Shown: positions 48,020-61,000 of the stretch, piece by piece
Layout: every line of letters starts with the position of its first letter
Numbering within the stretch: position 1 is the first letter of the stretch
From: a virus
Strand: one strand, 5' to 3'
DNA length: 64,000 nt
IMG/VR virus record: IMGVR_UViG_3300028043_000001
Span: 52,437 to 116,436 of that record
Program-made: the position numbers and the translations under genes
Notes under the pieces: generated by a model
Told to the model about the DNA's origin: nothing
The model's input: only the letters and a program-made list of their open reading frames with translations
Databases searched by the model: none

Positions 48020-48463
48020 ATGTCTGAACAAGAAACCCTTACTATCCGCAATATTGACGGTGACACTCGCCAAGTTAAGACTCGTCTCCCTTGGGGCAAA
48101 GAGCGGCGTATTCTCAAGATTATTGGCGAGGTTGTTTCCCAAATTCCTGAACGTTTGTCCACATTTGATGAATCCCCCGGCATCGCTCTTCTACAGTACT
48201 TAACCACCGAAGCGCCCGAGAAGGTGACGGAAGTGCTAAGTATTATCTTGAATGTACCGCCGGAGCAAGTGGACGAGAATTTTGATGGGGACGCTGTGGT
48301 TGAGTTTGCCGTTCCTTTTCTTACTCACTATGTAGGGAAGTGGAGTAAGCGCCTAGAAAGTGCCCCCGTCGTCGATCTCCTCGGCTCTACTACATCTCTT
48401 ACAGGAATTTCACCTCCTCCTCCCCAACTAGAAGGTGAGCCTAGTACAGAGCTAGATGGATGA
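48020..48463 (+). CDS. Tail assembly chaperone (G-like)
   Basis: Acidic ~150-aa ORF between tube and TMP. GGAGG RBS. Confidence 0.65.
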   Translation: MSEQETLTIRNIDGDTRQVKTRLPWGKERRILKIIGEVVSQIPERLSTFDESPGIALLQYLTTEAPEKVTEVLSIILNVPPEQVDENFDGDAVVEFAVPFLTHYVGKWSKRLESAPVVDLLGSTTSLTGISPPPPQLEGEPSTELDG

Positions 48464-49067
48464 TTGGCGTGATTTCGTTGTTCAGGTCAGGCGGGTACAA
48501 GATTTAAAAGGCCGAGAACACTCGTTCACAGTTCCTCCGTCGTGGAAAACCGAACTGCAGTTCTGGGAGCTTTTCGAGTCTTTTTCGGCCAGCACTTCTA
48601 CTCTGCAGGATCACCTCTCCAATTTTGACCTTGTCGCGGCTGCCGTTGCTCTGGTTCTAGGCATTTCCCTGGAACGTGTCGACGACTTTTCGAGTGAGCA
48701 AATTGAAGGGGTTTTCAACGAGGTCTTTACTCATATTATCCCTAACCCTACCGACGTCGAAGTGGCTGTTACCCAACAAAAAGGGAAAAAAAAGGGTCAA
48801 GAATTTTCTCTTTCCGACGCTTTGGCGATGTTTGGATCTGAGTGTGGTTGGCTACCCGCTGACATTTTGGAGATGCCGCGCAAGCAAGTGTTCTTGCTTG
48901 CGGAGGCAGTTACTCAGTATGTTGCACAGAAAATGAAGTTTCAAGCAGCTATTCATGGTGCCGACATTGAGGGAGGGGGAGCAGGAACTCCTGGAAAGGC
49001 CCAAATTGATAGTGAAGAGTATTGGATGAACTTACAAAGTCAAGGGTTGCCCGTAGAGGTGAGATAA
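48456..49067 (+). CDS. Tail assembly chaperone (G'T-like, paralog of the upstream gene with a T-like extension)
   Basis: N-terminal half resembles 48020. C-terminal GW.P.DILEMP..Q is typical of T segments. Confidence 0.6.
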   Translation: MDDWRDFVVQVRRVQDLKGREHSFTVPPSWKTELQFWELFESFSASTSTLQDHLSNFDLVAAAVALVLGISLERVDDFSSEQIEGVFNEVFTHIIPNPTDVEVAVTQQKGKKKGQEFSLSDALAMFGSECGWLPADILEMPRKQVFLLAEAVTQYVAQKMKFQAAIHGADIEGGGAGTPGKAQIDSEEYWMNLQSQGLPVEVR

Positions 49068-52000
49068 ATGTCAAGGCTTGAGTATTTCTTAAAGATAGAC
49101 ACTAAAGACCTTGATACTGCTTTAAACAAGCTCACACAAGCTGGCAAAGCGTTTGACTCTCTCTCGAGTAAGGGGCGATCGTTTAGTTTGGGTAGCAGTG
49201 TAGAGGCTACTGTAAAGGGCCTTTCCAATATGCAGTATGCCCTAGAAAGACTCGGACCGGTAGTAGACGCACTTAATTCAAAGTATGAAAAATGGGGAGC
49301 CGCAAAATTTCGTCAAGACCCTAGTATTGATCCTCTACGTTTAACTTTCCTCTCTTTAGTGCACCAAATCGAAACAGCTACCACAAAGTATGAGAGATTT
49401 ATTTCGGTTCTAGCACAAACCCCTGCTGCCACTTCTCGTTTTGGGCTAAAGCTTGGAAAACTATTCACAACCGACCCCGAAATTGAAATCAACAAGCTGA
49501 ACAGGGCTTTAACTAGCCTGGAGCAGCGAAAGAAAGTCGGGAAGATCTTGGAAGGTGACTATGAGAAAGAACTTACCAAGCTCACTACCGCCTTAACCAA
49601 GGCGGAAAAAGATTTAGCTTCAGTTGACCTTTCAGTATCAGTACGTGAGCGCCTCAAGGAGGTTGCGGCACATGTCTCAGGTTTAGAAAAATATACCAGG
49701 CTAGTTGAAAAGACAGAAAAGGAGCTCGCGCGCCTAGAGCACTTGCGAGGTACTAAGAAGGGAGCAAAAATCCCTGCTGACGAATTTAAGCAACGCCACG
49801 AGCTGCTTGAAACTCGGCTACGAGACGCTTACGCGGGGGAGGTTTTAGCAAAGCAACGTTACGATTTACTTTCCAAAATTATCGACGTGGGCCCAGAGGC
49901 GGTCAAAATCTTGAAACAGATTGGCGATGGCTACGGAGAAATTGCTACTAAAGTAGGTCAACGCGCCGCAGGGACTTTACCTTCCACCCTCGAATTAGCC
50001 CCTTTGAAATCTCGTGCTGAGCGTTTAGAAAGAGAGTTGACCTCCATAAAAAGGAGAGAAGCGGCGGAACTGAGCCAACCTGCTCCCCCACGAGTGGACC
50101 TCAAGAAGGTAGCAGACCTTGAAAGGCAACGCAGCAAGATGTTAGAATCGCTTGAGCAATCCCAATCATTTCTTACTTTTCCTCCTCTAAATGTAGGAGA
50201 CCGCCCATTCCGCGAAATTTATAAGGAGGAGGTTAGCGAGTATGTAAAGCTTTTAAAGCAGCTCCGTGCAGCCCGCCAGCACGGAGCTGTTACAAGAGAA
50301 GATGTTCTACCTATAATTAGGGGTGAAGAGTTTAACTTCTCTTCTCTTGCCTACCTTCAATCACACCCCAAGAAGATGGGACTACACGAGACACAGCCTG
50401 CTTATCCCGCCATCCTGCGGGAGTGGAAAGAAAGAATTCCTGACATCATCGAAAACCTCAACAGCTTTGTTGGATTCTTGAAAGAAAAACTTCCTGGCCG
50501 TGAATTTATTGAAGTCGCTGCAGGCTCAGGACGCCTCGCGCGAATTTTGAAAGACAAAGGAATCCAAATTCTTGACGCCTCAGATAAATTCGAAGAAGAT
50601 TATTTCGCCGAGGGAGGTGTTGAGCGAGCCAAACAGTTGGGGGTAAAGCAGCGTGACGCAATACAAGCTATTAAGAAGTTTCCCGAGGCTGGATCTGTGC
50701 TTTTGTCGTGGCCCGAGTTTCGGTCTGACCTTGCCGAACGTGTCGCTAAGGCCTTAAAGCCGGGACAGTATCTCACTTATGTTGGCGAAGGTTTGGGAGG
50801 TGCTACTGGAACCGACGAGTTTTTCGCGGCATTAAAGGAGCAATTTGAACTTATCGCAGAACTGCCGTTAAAGACCATTACTGGCATGCGCGACGAAGTC
50901 CAGATTTGGCGGAAAAAAGGTGATGTGAAGGCTCGCGTTCAACAGCTTGAACGCGAGCTCGCTTCGACTCACAAAGAGATTGCACAACTCCAACCTGCTA
51001 TCAAGCCCACAACAACAACTGGAGCTCCACTCTTACCCAGCCCCGAAGGTCAATCTGCATACTATGCCGAAGAGGGTCGAAGATGGGTAGCGGTCGCTTC
51101 GCGTGCTGCATCAAGCCTCTCAGGAGGTTTGATGGGGGGCCTTGATCGCCTACTTGAAAACGTGGATTATAACGCTATTTTTGAGCGCGCACTTGCTGAG
51201 GTGGGTGATCCCCTGCAAGCCGTACGGCTAGCTTCCACCAGGTCAGGGCGATCGAAAGGAGCTGAAGAGAAACTGCAACAAATCCATGACAAACTTCAAG
51301 ACTGGCTTTTGAGTCCCGAACTACTAGATTTATTCAACAAGATTGCATCTGGGTATGGACCGCTCCTTCCTCAGAGTGTGAAAGACGCCTTTAAAGTAAT
51401 GAGAGATCCCCAAACTGGCAAAGTTATTGTGGGTAAGTACGCGAAGTTTTTGCTGGACTTGGAGAAACAAGCTACCGAAATTGTTGACCAGATTGCAGGT
51501 GAGAGTGGGTTGGGAGTAACAGCGAAACCTAAACCTGGGTATGGTTCAACGTTCACCCTCAACACAGAGAAGGAAGCGAGCCAGATCTTTGACGAGATGA
51601 CGAAATTAACTGCTAGGCAAGTTTTCCTCGAATCAATTTTGAAGCATGGACGTAAGGAAAGTGCAGCTGAACTTGAAAGCATCCTGAAAAAACAAGAGGA
51701 GGTATTGACTTTAAAAGAGCAAGACGTTGAAAGGGCCAAAGAAGCTCATGCAGTGGGCACTAAAGCCCATGCCGAAGAGATGCGAAGCCTATCAGCAAAA
51801 CGTGCAGAACTCGGTCGTATATATGCAGCCAAACCCCAAGATCCCCGCGCCCTTGCGGCTTATCGAATGGAAATGGATACAGTCAACGAAAAAATGCAGG
51901 AGTCTAGAAGCAGACATGCCGCCCTAACTTCAGATTTGCAACGAGCTGAAACTGAGTTCCAGAAAACTGAAAAGATTGTTAAGAACTTGGGATTCGCTTA

Positions 52001-55000
52001 TGAGTCAGCCCAAGCTGCCGAAAAACTTGCAGCAAAAGGCCAAGCAGCCGTTCCTCCTGCTTGGATAACCTTTTCTCAGAGGGAACTCAAGGAGGTTAAG
52101 ACGCGATTACAAGAACTCGGCGTTTTGTGGGATACCCTTCGTACTCGCGAGCATCTTGAAATCCTGCCCCCCGCTGAAAGGGTTGGCAGAGATATTATGA
52201 GATCAAAACGGACCACCGTTGCTATACCCTACGACGCAAGCTGGGAACAATTAGCTGAAGATTACCCCGAAGAGTATTTCCAAGAGCTAGGTAAACGTAT
52301 TAGTGATGACGTGAAGATGTCACGTCCTGACCTTTATGAAAGCTTGGGTTTAAAGGAGGACTTTGAGCAACTGGAAGCTAGTGAGGCTCAATCTCAAGCA
52401 ATTGTTAGACGCAGAATGCAAGATTCGGGCCTTACGCCACTAAATGCCTTCCTTACAGGGATCAAAAACGTTCGTGAGCTGTTCACCAGCATGTTTCGTG
52501 AGCCTGGTCATGACCTTGCCTCTCTAAACCAGCTATTAGGGCAATTTGACCGAACTGTGCGGCGTAGCCCCGAAGCTATTTCAGAATTCGATCAAAGGAC
52601 CCAACAAGTATTGTCACATTTAGAGCCCGCAATCGGCGAAGTCACTGGTTACGTTAAGCGTGACTGGTCTGATGCAACCTTAACTATGAGTGCCAAGTTT
52701 CTGGATTTCCTCGATGTTATGAAAGATGTTGATCCCAAATTTCTTGCGCGCGAAAGAAAACAACTAGACGAGTTTTATGGGGCTCTACAGAGGGTTCCGT
52801 TAGCCAGCATTCTTAGCTCGATGAGTAAGGTCAAAGATCTTGCTCTAGAAGGCTTTTATCGTCCAGGGGCCTTAGATGAGGCCCAAGCAGAGCTTTTCAA
52901 GGTTTCCGAAACTTTGAGCTTGACCGGAAAAGATTTTGAAAAGGTGAAAATAAAGGCTTCGGGCCTCGCACAGTCACTAAACACGCAGGTGCTAGATCAA
53001 GCTTTGACTGTTCTCGAAGACGTGTGGCGTTCGCCTGCAAGAGGTGCCCACGCTTTACAAGAAGCAGAAGCGGCGTTTAAGGCCTTCACACATGAGACCG
53101 TGAAGACGACAGAAGGCGCGAAAACTGTATTTAGAGAAGTACCAATTACGCAAATTGAGCCTATTTATCAAGCATGGCGAAAAGTGTATGACGTAGTTGA
53201 GCGTTACCAAAAAAGGGTTCAAGAGGGGGGTGACCAAAAAGAAGGTAAACAATTTTTGCAACGATTATCTGCATTCCCCTTTCTAACCGAAGAAAAGACT
53301 TCCACCCTGGCGAACGTTTTAAAGCTTGCTCCAGATGAAAGTGCGCGGCGGGTACTACTCGAATACGCTAGATGGCTAGGTGGCGACTACGTTGAAGAAA
53401 TTGAAAAGGCTGCCATAAACTTAGATTTGCGCAAAGTTTTTAAGAAAATTGCTGGATCGGCTCCAAAGGGGATCATCGCAGATTTTGAGCCGCAGTTTGC
53501 TGCAGCCTTTCAAGGATTACAGCATGCGTTTGTACAAGCTAAAGAACCTATTGAGGCTATTAACCTTGTACGCAAGTTGGCCCTTGAGATGGGTTTTCTT
53601 GCTAGCAACATCAAAGAAGTAGGGGTTAATGCTGCTGGCATCACAGGGAGTTTAGGTCACCTCGCAAAACTGACTGGCGAAGCCCGTTTTGGGACTTTAA
53701 CCTCTGAGTCAGTTCCTGAGTGGAATAAAATGATCAAGGGACTTAAGGAGTCCACCCTTATTCTTGGTCACGAACACTTACCCGCACTCAAAGCAATTGA
53801 ACAGGCGTGGAATAATACTGGTGACTCCGAAAGAAAGTATTTTGCCTCCATGTTAAAACATAAACGCCTGGGGCGCGAACTTGCCGACCATATGATTGAA
53901 TTTTTTGGTGCGCGTACCTCAAAAGAGCCGCTTGCCTTTGAGGGGTTTCACTTTGAGGAAGTTGCGGGGCTAAAAAAACCTGGTGAGGCTTTTGAGTGGC
54001 TGTTGCAGCAAACTGACGATGTCGTTGGGTTTGTTGAACAGATGAGAGTAATTGGTAAGCAATGGAAGCCCCTTTCGCAGGACGTCATCTTCCCTGGAAG
54101 CCTGGACGTCATCCGTTCTTCCATCTCAAGCATGGGGAGGATTACTGAAAATTGGCTGCCCTGGATAATTGAAACTCTCGCAAAGGAGGGTCCAGGAGCT
54201 ATCCCGATAGCTGCGTACAAGCCGTCCCTTGTAGAACATCTACCCAAACTTAGGGAGAGGATAGCTAAATCTCGTGAATCCGTGGTAGGAGAGGGTACCC
54301 CAATTGAGTCTACTATGCTCACCTCCTTAGACGTCCAAGCCATTAAAATGCAATTGGTTATAAGTTTGTTTGAGAAGTTAAGAAGTGCAATTAGAACTGG
54401 TAAAGTAGAGACAATTGATTGGGGTAAGGAGACGGCGAATGCCTCACAAAAAGCCTCCTCAGCCATCGAAGGAAGTTACCAACATCTCGTTGGAGGATTG
54501 CAAAAGTTTTTACGTGGTGGAGAGCATGTAACTGGAGCTCTCACTGAAATGATGCGCATGCCGTTGGGGCAGGAAGGTGGATTCGGTCTTAAAGCAGTTT
54601 TGAGTAGGCAGTTTGTGGAGTCACTTTCACCAGTACAGATTAGTAAAATTAGTGTAGGGCTAGGAGAGGTAGCAACTCAGGCACCAGAAATTGCTAATGA
54701 AGCTGTCAGAAACTTGTTTTTAACGCGGCTTAGGGAGGCCTCAAAAATCATCGGAACTTATGTTAGGAGCCACGCTTTTGAGATAGACCCTGAAGAACAT
54801 GCAGAAGCCCTCCTAGAGGCAAAAAGTGCCCTGAAAGTTGCTTCGAGCAATTTCATGAAGTATATTCCGAAGACTGTGAGAGAATTGGCAAAGACACCGA
54901 GTCAACTCGAAGAACTCTTCATGCAGCAGATAATCCAGGCCGAAACTGGTATTGTTCCACCAATGACAGTTACAACGCGGGCAACCCACCAGGCTGGCAC

Positions 55001-58000
55001 AAGTGCTAAAAAAGTTGCTACTAGTGCTGAACAGATGTCGGTTGCTTTGAAAGACGTGGCTGAATTCTTTGGAAAGGGAGTTGCCTTTGCAACCTACTGC
55101 GCAGCGGAGAACCGAAAAGGGTTGGTAAAAAATTTGAGCGAGGCCCCCCTAGCCGAGATGTACGAAGGCCCACGTTCACGGAGTTTCGCTGCTCTAGCTC
55201 GTAGCGGCGTCATTCCCCCCGAACAGTTCTTTATGTTTTCAGGGAAGCATGGCTTCGATTCTATCTGGTCTGTGAAAAAGGCGTACGACAAGTATTTGCA
55301 GCCTCAGGAAGTCCCTGAAATGGTTGAAGTTGTTAAAGAGCAGATCCAGAACATTAACCGCGAACGGGCTGAAGCAATCTCGCGTGCCAAAAAGGCAGGG
55401 GAAGAATGGCAACACCTTCCCCAACCTATCGAAGAGATAGTCTATTATGCCCAGGAGTATGCTTTACAGAAGCGGGGTGGACTAGGAACTACTTACCTGC
55501 AGGCAATTAGAGAAGCTGCTGACCAGCTCGGGATTCGTTTACATGAAGTTGCACCTGTGACCTACGATTTAAGGCGAGCCTCAACGAGATTTGAAGGTAG
55601 CTTGACTGACATGGCCGTCAAAGCTGTAGCTGCAAATCGCGCCATGGAGAGAGGAACTGCGGCTACCGAAGAAGTGAACAGAGAGTTTCAACAATATGGT
55701 CTACGTTTTCAACCCTCCGAACGTTTAGGACGTCGTGCCCTCTCACCTTCAGGTTTCCAGGCGATTTCAAAAGAATATCCGACTTCAGATGTTACTTGGT
55801 TTGCGGGAGACGCAAAGTCTTACCTTATGGCTCCTATTGGCACCGCCATTCACGAGGTTGTTCTAAAGAACGTGCTCGGGGCCCTCGTTAAAAGTGTTTT
55901 GAAAGGCAGCAAAGTTGCGGGGGAGCAGCTGCTTAGCCTCCTAAAAGGAACGAGTGCAGAGCCGCCGATTAGTGAGGGGGAGTTAAAGAGACAACTCGAC
56001 ACACAGTTCCGTGAAGCTGTCTCCCAAAAAGGCATGAACGCAGAGGCCCTGATTAAGTCAGCCGGAACCACCATGGATAAAACTCAAGATACCATGCTTG
56101 CAGCAGCACAGAATATACTGGGAAATATGTTTCGCGCTATCGGTCACATAATTGAGGTTGAAGGGGGTGAAAAGTTTTTAGAGTCGTCTGAGGCTTTAGT
56201 GGCAGCAATGAAGTCCAAAGAAATCCGAATTTCGCCAGAGTTTGCTCCCTTAGGTCCTCAGGGAGCGCCCTTGAAGGTGTTGCAAAAAAAGTTTCCACAG
56301 GCGGCATTCCTTATTGAAGAAATTAATCAGGCGTTGGGCCCTGATATGGCAGCTGCCTTTCTCAAGTCCTTTTCAGGCACAATGGACTTATTGGTTCAGG
56401 TAGGAGATCAGGCGAGAATCTTAGACCTAAAAACGACGACATGGGAAGCGAAGCAAAAACACGCAGTGCAGTTGGTTGGGTACCAACGGTTACTTGGTCT
56501 ATTAAGTGATGCAGTTAAAGTTTCAGGTCTAGGCATCATGCCAGGTTTAGATGTAGCAACTTCACCCGAAAAGTGGATAAAATGGATAGACCGCGCGAAA
56601 TTGGAGCCCGCAGTGCGCGACTTTTTTGACTTTCTTATGCAGCCCTTTGTCGACATTCCGCAAGTTAGGGAATATGTTCAAGCTCACCCCAACCTAGCTC
56701 GCTCGATCAAGAATCTCGTCATGAATTATCAGACAAATATTCAGACAGGATTTAAAGATGCCATCAAAGTAGCTCCCCGAATTTCAGTGGATGCCGTCGC
56801 GGAAACTTTACTTCCTGAGGCCCAAGCTAAACCAGTAGAACAGAAGGTATTACAGGATATAAACTTGATAGAGAGGCTCGGGGCGATGCAAGTCGGAGCT
56901 CTTCGACAACTCCGCAAACAAATGGCCCGTGACCAGGAAAAAATTGCAGACGAGTTGAGGGATCTTGGAGGAGGTGCTGGACAAGAATTCACTCCTACAA
57001 CTTCAGGGCTTTTAAAATCTTGGCAAGCCTACGGCGCATTTATAAAAGCTATTGATGCTGAACTAGCTAAGCCTGATGTCCGAAAAACGGCGAAGCGGCC
57101 CATTGCCGAACTTTCAGAGACCACAAAAGCAGATGTGGCTACTTATCTACAAGACCTTGCTGGACTTGAAAAACAAATTCCTGCTTCGATTCAAGAGCTT
57201 ACCCTCTTAAAACTCATGGCTTTAACCAACCAAAAGGATACAATGTCGAAAGCCCTCAGCGAAACTGCAGACACTGTAAAAGAAGGTGAAGGTAAAATTA
57301 CCAATATAGTAGGCGAACTTTTTAAAGAGGTGGGCAAAACTAAAGAAGAGAAACCCGTCCTGCTGAACATTTTCGACGCCATAAACGCAAAGAAATTTCC
57401 CCTCGCTGAGGTAGGGCATGCTTGGGGCGAATATGGCCATGCGATTAGCAGGCAAGGAAAACCAATCGAATCCTTCACTGCGGCCTTAAGTGCTCTACAA
57501 CAAACCGCCCGCCAGTTTATCGGCGGCTTTGCCCAGTACGGTGGGACGGTACCTTTCCTCGATGATCTTATAAAACGGTACAATGAGACTGCCACTGCTG
57601 AAAAGAGGCTAGTACCATTTGGTGAGAAGTGGCAGCAGGGCCGCGCGATTGCGCAAGAGATTGGTGAAACCCAAGCAAATTTAGCAAAGTTAGATCGAAT
57701 GCTGCTCAAGGATCTGCCTGCCGCTGAAGCGCTCGGTGTGGCAGCTGAAAGAGTAGCCTTAGAATCCAAACTTATTGCGTTGGCTAAAGAGCAGTTAGCA
57801 ATTATTGAATATATGTCGGAAGCCTTAAAGAAGGTAGTAACTCAAGAGGATCTACTCAAGGAGGCTCGTGCTCGTAGCGTCGAGGAAGTCAAGAGTCTTG
57901 CTGTAGCGCTTAAGGTAGGCAAAATCCAAGAAGCAACTGCCCTAAGTGGATCCGAAGCGCGGCTTGCAGGTATGGAACCATTAATAGCTGCCCAAGAGCG

Positions 58001-61000
58001 GTTACGAATTTTACTAACTCAAGCCGCCTTCCAAAACCTAGGTGCTACCGGAGTCGTGCCAGGGTTAGGTGAAACTGCATTCGGCTATGGGATTCCAATA
58101 GCCACTTCGGCCGACATCTTAACAAAATTTTTGGGAGCAAACGAAAAAGACTTGCAAATGAGGCTCGAACGTTTTAGGGCCGCCTTTGGCGGAAATTTAA
58201 GCCAATTGATGAAAGATGTTAATGTGTTCAGCGAACTCTCCGGCGTACCTGTATTTGATACTACAATTCTAGAAAAATTAGAGGCGAAACTTGCGAAGGT
58301 TCAAGTTTTGAGGGCTGGTGCAACTGATGATAGGTTCGTTAAACGTGAGGAAGAACTCACGCGTTTACTGGGGACTGAACAGGTTCGAGCGTTAGAGCAC
58401 GTTACTCTTGTTTGGGAAAAACTTGAAAAAGAAAGGGCAAGATACAAAGAAACGGCTCGAGGGATTGAAAAGGAGAAGGCAATTGAGGTTGGCAGAGAGA
58501 ATCTCTCTAAGTTTAGGGCAGATCTTGCAGATTATAATAAAGAAATCGACAACATGTTGAGGATGGGTCGGACGTCCGAAACTCGGTTTGCCAGGCAACA
58601 TGAGGTTGGGAGAATTGTGCAAGAAATTCACAAAGGGATGGCTGAACTAACCCCTCTTTACGGCGAAACCCATTTTGAGCCCCTAGCTAAGGAATTTAAA
58701 GAAGTTTCTGAAGAAGCGCGAAAGACACAAATATATGCCCGCGGTGGCTTGACTCTTTGGGAAAGGTTGACAAACACTGTTAAATCAGCGAGAAATGAAT
58801 TTGCTGACTTATTCTTATATCAAGTACGTTGGTATACCTCGATGCTCATCTTTTGGGGCATTTTTAACAAAATTACCGAAGGGTTCGGGGCTCTTGTAAA
58901 CGCCCAACGAGACATTGAACGCGCAACTATTAACCTCCGTGAGCAATCGGGTGAAGTAGTTGCAAACTACCACCGCCTCGAGTTAATTTCCCGCACTGCT
59001 ATTTTTGGTGCAATGGTACGCTTGGGACTGGATTCTCGGCAGGCAAGTGAAGCTCTTTATCAACTTGGTTCCGCAGGCCTTACTGCAAGAGAAGCACTAG
59101 CCGCAATGGGTCCGGTCACAGATCTTGTTGTAGGCACCCAAGCGGACATGCGCGAAACTGTCAAGACCGTAGCTGGACTGTACAACGTGCTTTCAGGGTC
59201 TGTATCTCAAACTTCCACCGTTTTAGAGGCTGCGGGTTTGCAAATGCAGTCACATTCGCGATTTACTGAAAGTGCCATTGCACAAGCGACCCGCTTCAGG
59301 CAGATTACTGATGTCCTCGCCATGATTTTCCGTGATCACCAAGTTGAAATGTATGAACTGAACTTGGGCTACCAATACTCAATTGCTTCAGCAGATATGG
59401 CTGGTCTTTCTTTCACGGAATTATCGGCAATCTTAGCAGTTCTAAACGATAATATGTTAAAAGGCTCTAAAGCTGGTCGCGCCGTTAATGATATTTTGGT
59501 GGGGCTGGCAAAGCAACCCTACGACGTTCTTGCGAGTTTTCGCGAAATGGCCTTAATGTTAGCCGAAGGAATGCCAAGCAAGGCCCAGCGCATTCGGGCA
59601 GTTGTAGAAGACTGGAACAAGGCGAAGTTTGAAAATAAGACCATTTTTCAGACCCTGGGTGAATTAGCAAAACTTGTCGAAGCTACGGGCATGGAAGTTG
59701 GTGTTTTAGGTCGCACTTTTGAGAACTTTGGGATAGTCGGTGGCCGCGCATTTGCACCTATTATGAAGTATTGGAAAGAAATCGAAATAGAGCAGTTACG
59801 CTTACACCACAGTGCGGCTGGTGTTAGTGAGGTTATGGCAGAACGAATGTCTAACACCATGGAAAGGAATGCCCAGAAGGTCTCCGCATTTATCCAGAAA
59901 TCATTCTATGAATTATTTCTCATGATTCACAACGTTTCTGCCTTTGGCCTTTCAACACTTGCCAAACTTGGCACCTCCGTTTCAGGCTTTTCGGAAAATG
60001 TGCGTAGGGGGTTTGAGACCGATACAGGGGTTTCTTTTTGGGGAAGAATGTTTGAAACCGCCTTGAACTTTTTACCCTTAATACTGTTAGTTGGAGGTAG
60101 TATTGCCTCCTTTGGGGGGCTCGCAACCAACGTCTTTACAAGAGTTGGGGCACGAGCTATTGGAGTGGTTACTTCACTTACCGCTTTAAGAGCCTCTGGA
60201 ATGGGCTTAGTCGGAGTTTTTACAGGAGTTGCGGGAGTCATTGGGAATTTCATTGCCCTACTTTTCACTGCCCCATTTTGGAAGTTTATTGCGGGAGCCG
60301 TGTTAGTCTCATTAGCAATTGGAGGTTTAACCGCACTATTTAGAAAACTCACTATGACTGTTGACGATTTTGCGGCAGAAGCGGAGAAGTCATTTGCTGA
60401 CTTCTCCGAGGACGTTTCGAAGCGCAACCAAAAGATTCAGGAGTCCATTAGCAAGGTATCCACCACCCTAAAGTTGCGGCGCGAAGCTGAAGAAGCCATG
60501 CAAGAGGTTGCAAACAAGGGAGCTAAAGAACCAGTCACTGACGAGCAAGTCGCAAGAGTGCAACGTTATGGCGTAATGGTCGGAGCGTCAAGGGAAGAGC
60601 TTAGCAAAAAAGTTGAAACTGTGGGCGACTTAACAGCATTGTATAACAAGCTCGATCCTTTATATCAAAAGGTTCTCAACGACATGAAGACTGAGGAGTT
60701 TCAACTCGATTTGACTTCTAAAGGGTGGATCAAATACCGCAAGGCTATTGAGGACGCAATGCGTGCTAAACGTGAAGCTGAGGCTGCCGAAAAAAGGTTG
60801 CGGGAGAAACCGCTACCTATTCCACTTGCACCAGGATTCTTTGGAGGAGGGTATATTGAGCCCACAGACGCAGAGTTGAAATCACGCGAAGCGGAGGCCG
60901 CGATGCGGCGCAGAGATGCTGAGAAACAGGAAAAATCTGCGGCAGACGCGGCGCTACAACAGTTTCTTAGCACTATTGTAGGTGCTATGCAGCACGTAGA

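Noticed and set aside
48440-48463. Classical -1 frameshift linking the two chaperone ORFs
   Set aside because: The second ORF is in the +1 frame relative to the first, has its own ATG, and there is no slippery heptamer at the overlap.
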